Assembly: GCA_042219045.1 (NCBI GenBank)
Contig: JBDGQO010000030.1
Location: 1 to 59,673 of the forward strand
DNA: 59,673 nucleotides
Source of the DNA: Candidatus Bipolaricaulia bacterium
GTDB lineage: Bacteria > Bipolaricaulota > Bipolaricaulia > RBG-16-55-9
Direction: 5' to 3'
Under the pieces are notes generated by a model. It worked only from the letters and a program-made list of their open reading frames with translations. It searched no databases and was not told where the DNA came from. Made by a program: the position numbers and the translations under genes. Shown piece after piece: positions 8,597 to 18,106 of the stretch. How positions within the stretch are numbered: position 1 is the first letter of the stretch; each line of letters opens with the position of its first letter.

Positions 8597-9421
8597 ATGC
8601 TATCGGACCAATCGATCGGCATTGTCGGTTTGGGCAAGATCGGCGGAGCGTTGGCAAGCGGCATGGTCAACACGGGCATCGTTCCCGCAAATCAGATCAT
8701 CGGCAGCACGCGTCATGAACAGAATGCCCAGCGGGCCCGCGAGCGCTACGGCGTCGACGCCACCACGGACAACAGCGTCGCGGTCCGGGGCAAAGACATC
8801 GTCATCCTGGCGCTTAAGCCGCAGACGACGGCCGAGGCGCTGGCCGACGTTCGCGACCACGTCACGACCGATCAACTGATCATCACGCTCTCGGCGGCCG
8901 TATCAACCCAGTTCGTGGAGGATCAACTCGGCGGCTCGGAGCGAGAATTCCCCGTCGTCCGCGCCATGCCGAACACGCCCTGTCTGATCGGCCATGGCAT
9001 GACGTTGCTTTGCACCGGTCGCTATGCCCAAACGGGCCATCTCGACCTGGCCAAAGAGGTCTTTTCCTCGATGGGGCGCGTGGCCGTGACGGACGACGAA
9101 TCCCATATGGATGCCGCGACGGGCTTGTCCGGCAGCGGGCCGGCGTACGGTTATACCATTATCGAGGCGCTTGCCGAAGGGGGCGTGAAAGCGGGCCTCC
9201 CGAGGGATCTCGCCACAACGCTGGCAGCGCAGGCGATGCTCGGTGGCGCCGCCATGGCTCTGGAGACGGGCGAGCATCCCGCCAAGCTCAAGGACAACGT
9301 CACGACGCCGGCCGGAACGACCATTGACGGCCTCTTGGCCCTGGAGGAAGGCGGGCTGCGCCTGTCGCTAATCCGGGCGGTCAACCGGGCGGCCGATCGG
9401 GCCAAGAGCCTGTCCCAATAA
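8597..9421 (+). CDS. proC: Pyrroline-5-carboxylate reductase
   Basis: GLGKIG, ALKPQ, VVRAMPNTP, TGLSGSGPAY, LKDNVTTPAGTTIDGL. Confidence 0.97.
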   Translation: MLSDQSIGIVGLGKIGGALASGMVNTGIVPANQIIGSTRHEQNAQRARERYGVDATTDNSVAVRGKDIVILALKPQTTAEALADVRDHVTTDQLIITLSAAVSTQFVEDQLGGSEREFPVVRAMPNTPCLIGHGMTLLCTGRYAQTGHLDLAKEVFSSMGRVAVTDDESHMDAATGLSGSGPAYGYTIIEALAEGGVKAGLPRDLATTLAAQAMLGGAAMALETGEHPAKLKDNVTTPAGTTIDGLLALEEGGLRLSLIRAVNRAADRAKSLSQ

Positions 9422-9511
9422 GCGTTTCCGTTGCGATATGTCACAACCGCGTGCTAGGGTGACGAACTCGGGCATCAGACGACGACATCTTGAATAGGGA
9501 GGAAGACGATC

Positions 9512-10519
9512 ATGGACTATCGACCGCTCGGGCGGACGGGAGCGAAAGTCAGTCCGCTCTGTCTCGGCACGATGCTCTTCGGCGACGACACCGGCGAGGC
9601 TGAATCCTACGCGATCGTGGATCGCGCGATCGACGCCGGAATCAACTTCATCGACACCGCCAACGTCTACGGACGGGGCACCAGCGAACGCGTGCTCGGC
9701 GACGCGCTGCAGCGCAACGGCAAGCGCGATCGCGTCGTCCTCGCCACGAAGGCGTTCGGCCGCATGGACGACGACGATCCCAATGCGGCCCGAAGCCACC
9801 GCCGGCATCTCATTGAGCAGTGCGAAGCGTCGCTGCAGCGGCTCGGCACGGACTGGATCGACCTCTATCAGATCCATCGGCCCACGTCGGAGATCCCCAT
9901 CGACGAGACGCTGCGGGCGCTGGATGATCTCATTAAGAGCGGCAAGGTCCGCTACGTCGGCACGAGCACCTTCGGGGCTTGGCAGGTCATGGAGTCGCTC
10001 TGGGTCTCCAAGGAGCTGGGCCTCAACCGTTTCGTCACGGAACAGCCGCCGTATCACCTCCTCGACCGGCGCATCGAGCGCGAACTGATCCCCATGGCTC
10101 AGACCTACGGCATCGGGCTGCTGCCGTGGTCCCCGCTGGCCGGCGGGTTCCTCACGGGCCGGTATCAGCGCGACGGCGAGGTCGCCCCGGCAAGCCGCTT
10201 CGGCCAGCGGAGCGAGGAACAACGCCGACGTCATTTCCGAGAGGAGACCTTCCAAGTCGTCGATCGCGTCCAGGAGCTGGCTACCGAAAAACGCTGCACG
10301 CCGACGCAGCTCTCGCTGGCGTGGTGCGCCCAGCAGCCCGGGATCACCAGCCCGGTCATCGGCCCCCGAACGAGGGATCACTTGGAGGAGAATCTCGGCG
10401 CGCTCGAGGTTGAGATCACCGACGCGGATCGCGAGCGCCTCAACGAGGTGTCCCCGCCAGGGCGGGCCCTCGTTCCCTATTACGAGGCCGACTTCGGCCC
10501 GCACCAGCACCGCTGGTAA
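9512..10519 (+). CDS. Aldo/keto reductase
   Basis: LCLGTM, GINFIDTANVY, LATK, DLYQIH, WSPLAGG. Confidence 0.93.
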   Translation: MDYRPLGRTGAKVSPLCLGTMLFGDDTGEAESYAIVDRAIDAGINFIDTANVYGRGTSERVLGDALQRNGKRDRVVLATKAFGRMDDDDPNAARSHRRHLIEQCEASLQRLGTDWIDLYQIHRPTSEIPIDETLRALDDLIKSGKVRYVGTSTFGAWQVMESLWVSKELGLNRFVTEQPPYHLLDRRIERELIPMAQTYGIGLLPWSPLAGGFLTGRYQRDGEVAPASRFGQRSEEQRRRHFREETFQVVDRVQELATEKRCTPTQLSLAWCAQQPGITSPVIGPRTRDHLEENLGALEVEITDADRERLNEVSPPGRALVPYYEADFGPHQHRW

Positions 10520-10568
10520 CGCCGGGATATCTTCGATTAAGAGGCACGGAGCAAAGTTCGCTGACGAC

Positions 10569-11276
10569 TCACGGCTCACGCGGGACGCCGGTCAACAACG
10601 GGCGCAGCTCGGCGAGGGATCGGACGCGCTCGCCATCAACGCTGGAATGTCGATCCTCACGGTCAATCAGGATCGCGCGGAGGCCGGCGTTCTGTGCGCC
10701 TTGGACGTCCTCGCGGACGCGATCGCCGACGTGCACGGCGTTCGCGGCCGACACGCCCAGGCGCCCGAGCGCGGCGTTGAAGAGTCGAGCGTCCGGCTTC
10801 TGATGGCCGATGTCTTCTGAGTAGGTGATCGTCTCGAAGCGGTCGATCAAGCCCGCGTGGCGGAGTCGGCCCAGAACGAGATGCCGGGCGTTAGCGATCG
10901 TGCCGAGCCGGAACCCGGCCTCGCGCAACTTCTCGAGCGTCGGGATCGCGTCATCGTACGCGACCCACCAGTCGGCTCGTTTGAAGCCGGTCATCAGGTG
11001 CTCCGCCAAGGCGCCATCGCTATCGGCAACCCCGAGCTCGGCCAGAATCTCGGCATTGACCTGGCGCCAGAACGCGTCCGTGTCGTCGGAGGTCGCCTCG
11101 GATCGTTCGGCGAGCTCGGTCAAGGGCGGGTAAGCCGCCTGGATCGTCGCAAGGGGAACGTCGAAGCCGGCTTCCGCGCAGAGCCGGCGGAAGATCTCCG
11201 GAGGCGAATAATATTGCTGAATGAGCGTGCCGTGGACGTCGAAGAAGACGACGTCGACCGACGATGGGCCCTTCAC
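10569..11276 (-). CDS. HAD-superfamily hydrolase (HAD-IA)
   Basis: FFDVHGTL, KPD, HVGDRVREDVQGA; start overlaps stop of FAD subunit. Confidence 0.9.
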   Translation of the reverse strand: MKGPSSVDVVFFDVHGTLIQQYYSPPEIFRRLCAEAGFDVPLATIQAAYPPLTELAERSEATSDDTDAFWRQVNAEILAELGVADSDGALAEHLMTGFKRADWWVAYDDAIPTLEKLREAGFRLGTIANARHLVLGRLRHAGLIDRFETITYSEDIGHQKPDARLFNAALGRLGVSAANAVHVGDRVREDVQGAQNAGLRAILIDREDRHSSVDGERVRSLAELRPLLTGVPREP

Positions 11277-12259
11277 GATCCGGATCGCGGTGCGGCAAGC
11301 TCGCGGAGAGCTCGCGTCATAAGGTTGCGCGCCAGGGGGACCTTGTAGCCGTTGTGGGAGAAGGGCGAGGCATTGGCCACGGCGATCTCGCCCACGCGTT
11401 CGGCAAACGCTTCATCGAGCGTTTGCCCGCGGAGCAGTTCCTCCGCGGCAGCAACGCGCCACGGGGTGCCCGCGACGGCCCCCAAGACGGCGCTGGCGTT
11501 GGCGACGCGATCTCCATCCCACCTCAGCTGGACCGCCACGCTGACGAGCGCGAACGACCACGTCGCGCGCTCCATGGCCTTCAGATAGGTTCCGCTGGAC
11601 GTCGATTCCGGACGAGGGACGCGGACTTCGGCGATCAGCTCGTCCTCCGCCAGCGTGGTGTGCTGCCGACGGCCTTCTTCGGGAAATTGGTAAATCGACT
11701 CGAGCGCCTCGGTCCGCTCGCCGTCGGGTCCGAGGATGCGAACCTCGGCGTCGAGGGCCGCAAGCGCGGGCGCCAAGTCCGAGGGATGGACGGCGATACA
11801 GCCGCTGCCGCCGAAGATGGCGTGATGGGTGTTGTCGCCGTTGCGAGCGTAGCACCTGTCGCCGCCCTTGAGCCAGCAGTTGACGTCGGGATGGCGATAA
11901 TAGCCGCATCGCACTTGTTGGCAGAGGTTGCCCCCCACCGTGCCCGCGTTCCGCAGCTGCAGCGTGGCGGCCTGCGAGGCGGCTTCGCTCAGGATGGGCA
12001 ATCGCGACGTCACCAACGGATGCGTCTCCAGCTCCGTAAGCGTCGTGAGCGCTCCGATCCGGATATGGTCGCTGGTTTCGTCCACGCCCTTCAGCTCGCG
12101 CAGCGTCTTCAAGTTGACCAAGCGCTCCGGCGCGACGAGGCGCGACTTCATCTCGGTCAGCAGATCCGTTCCGCCCGCTATGGGGCGAACATTGGGCGAG
12201 TCCAGCAGCTCAACGGCCGTCTGCGGGTCGGGCGCGTCGACGTGTTCAAATGACTCCAT
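11273..12259 (-). CDS. Xanthine dehydrogenase family FAD subunit (PaoB/YagS-like, with Cys-rich Fe-S insert)
   Basis: AGGTDL, QLRNAGTVGGNLCQ..RC.YYR...C..KGG..C, HPSDLAPAL, HNGYK. Confidence 0.92.
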   Translation of the reverse strand: MESFEHVDAPDPQTAVELLDSPNVRPIAGGTDLLTEMKSRLVAPERLVNLKTLRELKGVDETSDHIRIGALTTLTELETHPLVTSRLPILSEAASQAATLQLRNAGTVGGNLCQQVRCGYYRHPDVNCWLKGGDRCYARNGDNTHHAIFGGSGCIAVHPSDLAPALAALDAEVRILGPDGERTEALESIYQFPEEGRRQHTTLAEDELIAEVRVPRPESTSSGTYLKAMERATWSFALVSVAVQLRWDGDRVANASAVLGAVAGTPWRVAAAEELLRGQTLDEAFAERVGEIAVANASPFSHNGYKVPLARNLMTRALRELAAPRSGS

Positions 12260-12266
12260 GGGCGGG

Positions 12267-14567
12267 TCACGTCCCTTGGGGGTGCTCCAAAAGGTTGAGG
12301 ATCCGGGCCGGGGTCAGGGGCAGCTCGGTCGGCCGCACGCCGAGCGCGTCGGCGACGGCGTTGGCGACGGCCGCCGCCGTGGGGATGATCGGCGGCTCGC
12401 CGACGCCCTTGACGCCGAGGTTGTTGGCCTGCGGATCGGGCATGTCGATCATTTCCGCGTGGATGTCCGGCACGTCGGCGATCGTGGGCACCTTGTAGCT
12501 GTCCAGGTTGTCGCTGAGCACGATACCGGACGATTCGTCCTCGGTCCGCGCCTCGCTGAGCGCGAACCCGAGGCCCTGGATGATGCCGCCCTCGAGCTGG
12601 CTCCGGATCGTGAGCGGGTTGATCACCCGTCCCGATTCGTGGACCGCGACGAGCCTGTCCACATGGACCCGACCCGTCTCGGCATCGACCGTCACTTGGG
12701 CAAACTGGGCGCCGAACGTGTTGACGCTCACCTCGTCGGGGTTCGGGCCGCGGGCCCCCTTGCCCGTGATCATGAAGTCGCCCAATTTCCCCAGAACGCT
12801 GGAGATCGGCGTGCGTTGGCCGTTGTGGACGAGCTCGCCGTCCTGGACGTCAATATCGGCCGCATCGGTCTCCAACACTTGGGCGCCGACCTCGCGCAGT
12901 TGCTGGCGCGCGTCTTCCGCCGCTCCCCGGACGGCCGGTCCAACGGCAGCGAGCGTCATGCTTCCCGCGCTGAGCGGCGAGTAGAGCCCGTGCTGCGTGT
13001 CGCCGAGCTCGACGCGGACGCAGTCGATGGGCAAGCCGAGCGTCTCCGCGGCGACTTGGGCGAAGGCCGTCTTGGTGCCCGTGCCGATGTCCTGCGTGCC
13101 GGTGATGACGACCGCCGTGCCGTCGGAATTGAGCTTGACCCAGGCGTAGGCGGGCGGCCCACCGTTGCCGCCCCAGACTTGGCTCGCCATGCCGAAGCCG
13201 ACCCGTCGGCCAGCGGCCGTCGCGTCGGCCTTGATCTGCGCGCGCTCGGCCCAATTGATCTGCTGGGATCCCTGCTCGTAGGCCAGCTTGAGGCCCTTCG
13301 TGGAGTAGGGCTTGTCCGTGAGCGGGTCGATCTCGGCGTAGTTCGCCAGTCGCAGTTCGAGCGGATCCATGCCGAGCTTCCCGGCCAGCTCGTCCATGGC
13401 CGACTCCAGGGCGAACGTCCCCTCGACGTAGCCGGGCGCGCGGAAGGCGCTGAACGGGCCGGCGTTGGTGAAGACGACGCGGTCCTCGGTGTGCACGTTG
13501 GGGCACGCGTACAGCCGCCGCGTCGGACCGGCGGGGCTGGGGCCGCCCCCTGCATACGCGCCCACGTTGACGATCGAATAATGCGCGATCGCCGTCAGCG
13601 TGCCGTCGCGCTGGGCGCCGACCTTGAGCGTCTGCACGCTGGCCGGGCGATTGCCCGTGGCGAGGTTCTCCTCGCGGCGATCCAGCAGGATCTTAACAGG
13701 GCGACCCAACTGCCGGGCGGCCAGCGCGGCCAACACGGTCTGTTTGCCGAGGTTGTTCTTGCTGCCGAAGCCGCCGCCCATGTAGTGCTTGAGTACGCGC
13801 ACCTTGTGGCTTGGCAAGTCGAGCGCCTTGGCCAGGGCGTCGCGCACGCCGTGGACGTTCTGGGTCGAGTCCCAGACGGTCAGCGTGTCGCCTTCCCAAT
13901 GGGCCACGCTGCCGTGGGTCTCCATGGAGTTGTGCAGCGCCGTCGGGGTGCGCAGCGTCAACTCGACCACCTCGTCGGCCTGCTCGAAGCCGGCTTCCGT
14001 GTCGCCACGCCCGTGAACTTCGGGCTCGCCGCCGAGCAGGTTGCCCGAGGCATGAACCAGGGGCGCGTCGGCCGCCAGGGCCCGTTCGGGGTCCAGCACG
14101 TGCGGGTACCGCTCGTACTCGACGTCGATGAGCTGGAGCGCGTCCTCGCAGACCGCCTCCGAGTCGCCGATGACGCACGCCACCTCATCGCCGGCATAGC
14201 GCAGCGTCGTGTCGAACAGCTCTGTCTGTCCGCGCTTCCAGGGAATCTCCGGCGTGTTTTCATGGGTCAGGACGGCTCGAACCCCTGGGAGAGCCTGAGC
14301 TTTCGAAGCGTCGATGCGCTGAATTCGGGCATGCGGATGGGGCGATCGCAGGATTTTGCCAACGACCATCCCGGGGAGTTGGACGTCGTGGGTGAACATT
14401 GCTTGCCCGCTCACGCGCTCGTGCCCGTCCACGCGCGTCTGTGGCTTGCCGACGATTTCAAATTGGCGATCGGCCGACCAGGGCTCGACGTCCTCGCCTT
14501 CGATGACGACGTACTTGTCGTAGAACTGGCCCTCGAACTCGACTTGGGTTTTGACGACGCGTGGCAT
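12267..14567 (-). CDS. Xanthine dehydrogenase family molybdopterin-binding subunit (PaoC/YagR-like)
   Basis: LRSPHPHA, YMGGGFGSK, AFRAPG, QLEGGIIQGLG, KGVGEPP. Confidence 0.95.
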   Translation of the reverse strand: MPRVVKTQVEFEGQFYDKYVVIEGEDVEPWSADRQFEIVGKPQTRVDGHERVSGQAMFTHDVQLPGMVVGKILRSPHPHARIQRIDASKAQALPGVRAVLTHENTPEIPWKRGQTELFDTTLRYAGDEVACVIGDSEAVCEDALQLIDVEYERYPHVLDPERALAADAPLVHASGNLLGGEPEVHGRGDTEAGFEQADEVVELTLRTPTALHNSMETHGSVAHWEGDTLTVWDSTQNVHGVRDALAKALDLPSHKVRVLKHYMGGGFGSKNNLGKQTVLAALAARQLGRPVKILLDRREENLATGNRPASVQTLKVGAQRDGTLTAIAHYSIVNVGAYAGGGPSPAGPTRRLYACPNVHTEDRVVFTNAGPFSAFRAPGYVEGTFALESAMDELAGKLGMDPLELRLANYAEIDPLTDKPYSTKGLKLAYEQGSQQINWAERAQIKADATAAGRRVGFGMASQVWGGNGGPPAYAWVKLNSDGTAVVITGTQDIGTGTKTAFAQVAAETLGLPIDCVRVELGDTQHGLYSPLSAGSMTLAAVGPAVRGAAEDARQQLREVGAQVLETDAADIDVQDGELVHNGQRTPISSVLGKLGDFMITGKGARGPNPDEVSVNTFGAQFAQVTVDAETGRVHVDRLVAVHESGRVINPLTIRSQLEGGIIQGLGFALSEARTEDESSGIVLSDNLDSYKVPTIADVPDIHAEMIDMPDPQANNLGVKGVGEPPIIPTAAAVANAVADALGVRPTELPLTPARILNLLEHPQGT

Positions 14568-14597
14568 GGGGCTCCTGTCCGTGTCCCTGTTGGAGGA

Positions 14598-15119
14598 TTA
14601 AGCGTTCAGCCGTCGCGCGGCGTCGAGCGCGGCCTGGACGATCTTGGGATAGGCGCCACAGCGGCACAGGTTGCCGGCCACGGCCCGCTCCACGTCGGCC
14701 TCTGTGGGATGGGCGTCGGCATCCAGCAAGCCCTTGACGCTCATGATCTGGCCCGGCGTGCAGAAGCCGCACTGAAGCGCGTCGTGCTCGATGAACGACA
14801 GCTGGATGGGATGGAGCTCGTCCTCCGTCGACATCCCCTCAATCGTCTCGATCTCGCGGCCTTCGCATTCCAGCGCGAGCGTCATGCAGGCGTAGATCGC
14901 CTTGCCGTCCACGAGCACCGTGCAGGTGCCGCACGTGCCTTGGTCGCAGCCCTTCTTGGCACCCGTCAGGCCGAGCTCGTCGCGCAGCGCATCCAGAAGC
15001 GTCGTGCGCGGCTCGACCGACAGATCGTAACGGTCGCCGTTGACCGTCAGTCGGATCGATTGGGGGACAGGATCATGAATCGGCGTTTCCGGCCGTCGGG
15101 CCTCGACGGCTTGGGCCAT
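14598..15119 (-). CDS. Xanthine dehydrogenase family 2Fe-2S subunit (PaoA/YagT-like)
   Basis: GCDQGTCGTC, QCGFCTPG, NLCRCGAY; start at ATG 15119 given AGGAGG at 15133-15128. Confidence 0.93.
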   Translation of the reverse strand: MAQAVEARRPETPIHDPVPQSIRLTVNGDRYDLSVEPRTTLLDALRDELGLTGAKKGCDQGTCGTCTVLVDGKAIYACMTLALECEGREIETIEGMSTEDELHPIQLSFIEHDALQCGFCTPGQIMSVKGLLDADAHPTEADVERAVAGNLCRCGAYPKIVQAALDAARRLNA

Positions 15120-15241
15120 GCGCATAACCTCCTTGCGCCCAGAAGTATAAACGCGCGCCGCAAGTCCCGTCAATGGAGGGATGATATTGAGGTCCCGCGG
15201 CGCGTTCGCATATACTGAGTCGAAAGGGACGCAAACTCGGT

Positions 15242-16933
15242 ATGGGCTATCTCCTTCATGCGCTCCGACGGCTGACGCGCGCGATCCGCAACCTGATCCG
15301 TTCGACCCGAACGCCGCCCGACTACGTTGCCTTCACGCTCGACGGTTCATTTCCCGAACTGCCGCCACCTCCGGGGCCGTGGTGGCAGCGCTGGATGGGC
15401 ACCTCCGAGACAAGCCTCCGCGACTTGGCGCCACAGTTTGAGACGGTAGCGGCCGATCCCCGCGTCAGGGGCGTCGTGCTGCGGCTGCGCACGTTGAGCA
15501 TGACGACCGCGCGGCTGCAGACGCTGCGGGGCTTGATCCGCAAGCTCCACGATGCCGACAAGCACGTCGTCGCCTGGGCGACGGCTTACGACCAAGCGAC
15601 CTACGACGTCGCGTCGATGGCCGACGAGGTGCTCATCCAACCCGGCGGGGCGATCCAACCTCTCGGCCTCACGCAGAGCTTTGTCTTTCTCAAGGACGCG
15701 CTTGAACGCCTTGGGATCGAGGCCGACTTCCTGCAGATCTCGCCGTACAAGTCGGGGGCGGACTCGCTGACGCGCGCGGAGATGTCGCCCGAGATGCGCG
15801 AGATGATGGATTGGCTCCTCGACGACCTCCATGACGACCAGCTGCAAGCAATCGCCGAGGGCCGAGGGATGGAACTCGACCGGGTGCGATCCCTCGTGGA
15901 TGGGTCGCCCTACACCGACGAAGCCGCGCTCGAGGCGGGCTTGATCGACGGCATCGTCAACGAGGACGCTCTGCCCGATCGGCTGAGCAACGACCCGTCG
16001 GCTTCGTTGAGCAATTGGCCCTCGGCCCGAACGCGACTCCGCCTGCCGTCGCCGCCGCAGCCGGGGCGGCACGTGGCGCTGTTGCGCATCGAGGGCGACA
16101 TCGTGGACGGCCCGAGCCGCCGTGCCCCACGGCGCTCGCCCGTGCCCGTGCCGATGTTGACCAACGCCCGCGCCGGCGATCTCAGCGTCGTGGAGCAGAT
16201 CCGCAAGCTCGAAAAGGACCGTCGCGCGGGCGCGGTCGTCGTCTGGATCGACTCCGGCGGCGGGTCCGCCACCGCGTCGGAGGCCATGGCGAGTGCCCTG
16301 GAGCGCCTCGCGGCGAGCAAACCCGTTGTCGTGGCGATGAGCTCCCTGGCCGCCTCGGGCGGCTATTACGTCGCGACGCCCGGGCAGTGGGTCGTCGCCC
16401 AGCCCGGCACGCTGACGGGCTCGATCGGTGTTCTTTATGGGAAGATCGTCAACATCCGCATGCTGGACAAGCTCCAGATCAACCGGGAGACGTTGCGCCG
16501 TGGCGAGCGCGCGGATGTCTATGATAGCGCTCGACCGTTCACCGACGCCGAACGCGAGACGATCTGGACGCTCATGGCGCGCACCTACGATGTCTTCCTG
16601 GAGCGCGTCGCGGCGTCCCGGGCCATGGCGCGGGATGAGGTGGACGCGATCGGCGGCGGTCGGGTCTGGACGGGCCGGCAGGCGGATGAGAAGGGCCTCG
16701 TGGACGAGCTTGGCGGCTTGGAGGAGGCGATCGCGAAGGCCCGCGAGCTAGCCGGGCTACGCGCCAACACGGGCGTGCGCGAGATGCCCATGCCTACGTC
16801 GCCGACGCCGGGGGCGCCGTCCGCCCAGCCGAGCGGCCTGATTGACTATGCCCTGGACAACTTGGCGACCCTCCAGCAGGCCCGCACTTACTGCCTGGTG
16901 CCATTCCATCCAGAGCCATTCGGCAACGACTGA
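15242..16933 (+). CDS. sppA: Signal peptide peptidase SppA (protease IV, long form)
   Basis: Two S49 domains; PYKSG, IDSGGG, AASGGYY, TGSIGV, GGRVWTG.QA..GLVD.LGG. Confidence 0.92.
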   Translation: MGYLLHALRRLTRAIRNLIRSTRTPPDYVAFTLDGSFPELPPPPGPWWQRWMGTSETSLRDLAPQFETVAADPRVRGVVLRLRTLSMTTARLQTLRGLIRKLHDADKHVVAWATAYDQATYDVASMADEVLIQPGGAIQPLGLTQSFVFLKDALERLGIEADFLQISPYKSGADSLTRAEMSPEMREMMDWLLDDLHDDQLQAIAEGRGMELDRVRSLVDGSPYTDEAALEAGLIDGIVNEDALPDRLSNDPSASLSNWPSARTRLRLPSPPQPGRHVALLRIEGDIVDGPSRRAPRRSPVPVPMLTNARAGDLSVVEQIRKLEKDRRAGAVVVWIDSGGGSATASEAMASALERLAASKPVVVAMSSLAASGGYYVATPGQWVVAQPGTLTGSIGVLYGKIVNIRMLDKLQINRETLRRGERADVYDSARPFTDAERETIWTLMARTYDVFLERVAASRAMARDEVDAIGGGRVWTGRQADEKGLVDELGGLEEAIAKARELAGLRANTGVREMPMPTSPTPGAPSAQPSGLIDYALDNLATLQQARTYCLVPFHPEPFGND

Positions 16934-17052
16934 CCACCGCGGAACCAGCGTCAACCGATGGTCGCAACGTTGGGCTCCGCTGACGGCCACTGACTTGACC
17001 GAACTTTCCCAGTGCTCCGTAGCAACGGCGAACCGAAGCGCCGAGCGCCGTC

Positions 17053-18039
17053 CTACCTAGCCGATTCGGCTTCACGGAAGAGTTGGCAAGCCCGCGTGAG
17101 GTCGACGTTGCCGCCGCTGACGAGGACGCCGACGCGTTGATCCCGGACCTCATCCAGATGCCCGTGGAACAGCGGCGCCAGGCCGAGCACGCCGGTCGGC
17201 TCGACGACGAGCTTCATCCGCTCCCAGAGGAAGCGCATCGTCGCGACGAGTTCGGCGTCCGAGGCCGTGATCATGTCGTCAGCGTGGTCCAGGATGATCG
17301 ACAGCGTCAGCTCGCTCAGGAAATGCGTCCGTGCCCCATCCGCAATCGTGTCCGGGTTCTCCACGGTCTGAATCGTCCCGGTCTGGAACGAGCGGACGCC
17401 GTCGTCGCCGGCCTCGGGCTCCACGCCGATGACCCGACAGCTGGGCGAGAGGGCGCTCGCGCTGATGGCGGAGCCGCCCAACAAGCCGCCGCCGCCGCAG
17501 CAGACCAGCAGCACGTCGAGCTCGCCCACGTCCTCGAAAAGCTCCTTAGCGGCCGTCCCCTGACCGGCGACGATATGGGGATGATCAAACGGCGGCACGA
17601 CGGTGAGGCCACGCTCGTCTGCCAGCTCCTGGGCGATGTCTTCGCGGTGGCTTTCGGCCCGGTCGTAGAGGACGACCTCGGCGCCGTAGCCGCGCGTGGC
17701 GTCCAGCTTCACCTGCGGCGCGTCGTTCGGCATGATGATCGTGGTCGGAATCTCCAATAACTGCCCGCTCAAGGCGACCGCTTGTGCATGATTCCCCGAT
17801 GAGTACGTCAGCACGCCCTTGCGCTTCTGCTCGTCGCTCAGTCGGCTCATGGCATTGTAGGCGCCGCGGAACTTGAACGCGCCCATCCTCTGAAAATTCT
17901 CGCACTTCAAGAAGACCCGGTTACCGCACTGATCATCCAACGAGCGCGAGGTCATCACGGGCGTGCGGCGGGCGACGGGTTGGAGCCGTTCGGCCGCGGC
18001 TTCGACGTCGCTGAAGCGGACGGATGGCACTGGAGCCAT
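17053..18039 (-). CDS. PLP-dependent serine/threonine dehydratase family (threo-3-hydroxyaspartate ammonia-lyase-like)
   Basis: KCENFQRMGAFKFRGA, SSGNHAQA, GGGGL, EPTG, SGGNVD. Confidence 0.92.
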   Translation of the reverse strand: MAPVPSVRFSDVEAAAERLQPVARRTPVMTSRSLDDQCGNRVFLKCENFQRMGAFKFRGAYNAMSRLSDEQKRKGVLTYSSGNHAQAVALSGQLLEIPTTIIMPNDAPQVKLDATRGYGAEVVLYDRAESHREDIAQELADERGLTVVPPFDHPHIVAGQGTAAKELFEDVGELDVLLVCCGGGGLLGGSAISASALSPSCRVIGVEPEAGDDGVRSFQTGTIQTVENPDTIADGARTHFLSELTLSIILDHADDMITASDAELVATMRFLWERMKLVVEPTGVLGLAPLFHGHLDEVRDQRVGVLVSGGNVDLTRACQLFREAESAR

Positions 18040-18106
18040 GGAGCTATCCTAGCGCCTGAGTGATAGCCGTTCCAGAGGAGCTTGCCATCGGGAGACGTTG
18101 AGAGGA

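Noticed and set aside
11928..15218. 1096-aa plus-strand ORF and many other long overlapping ORFs (e.g. 6002-7477, 20011-21462, 58141-59415)
   Set aside because: Antisense shadows of well-supported genes in GC-rich DNA, with no recognisable motifs.
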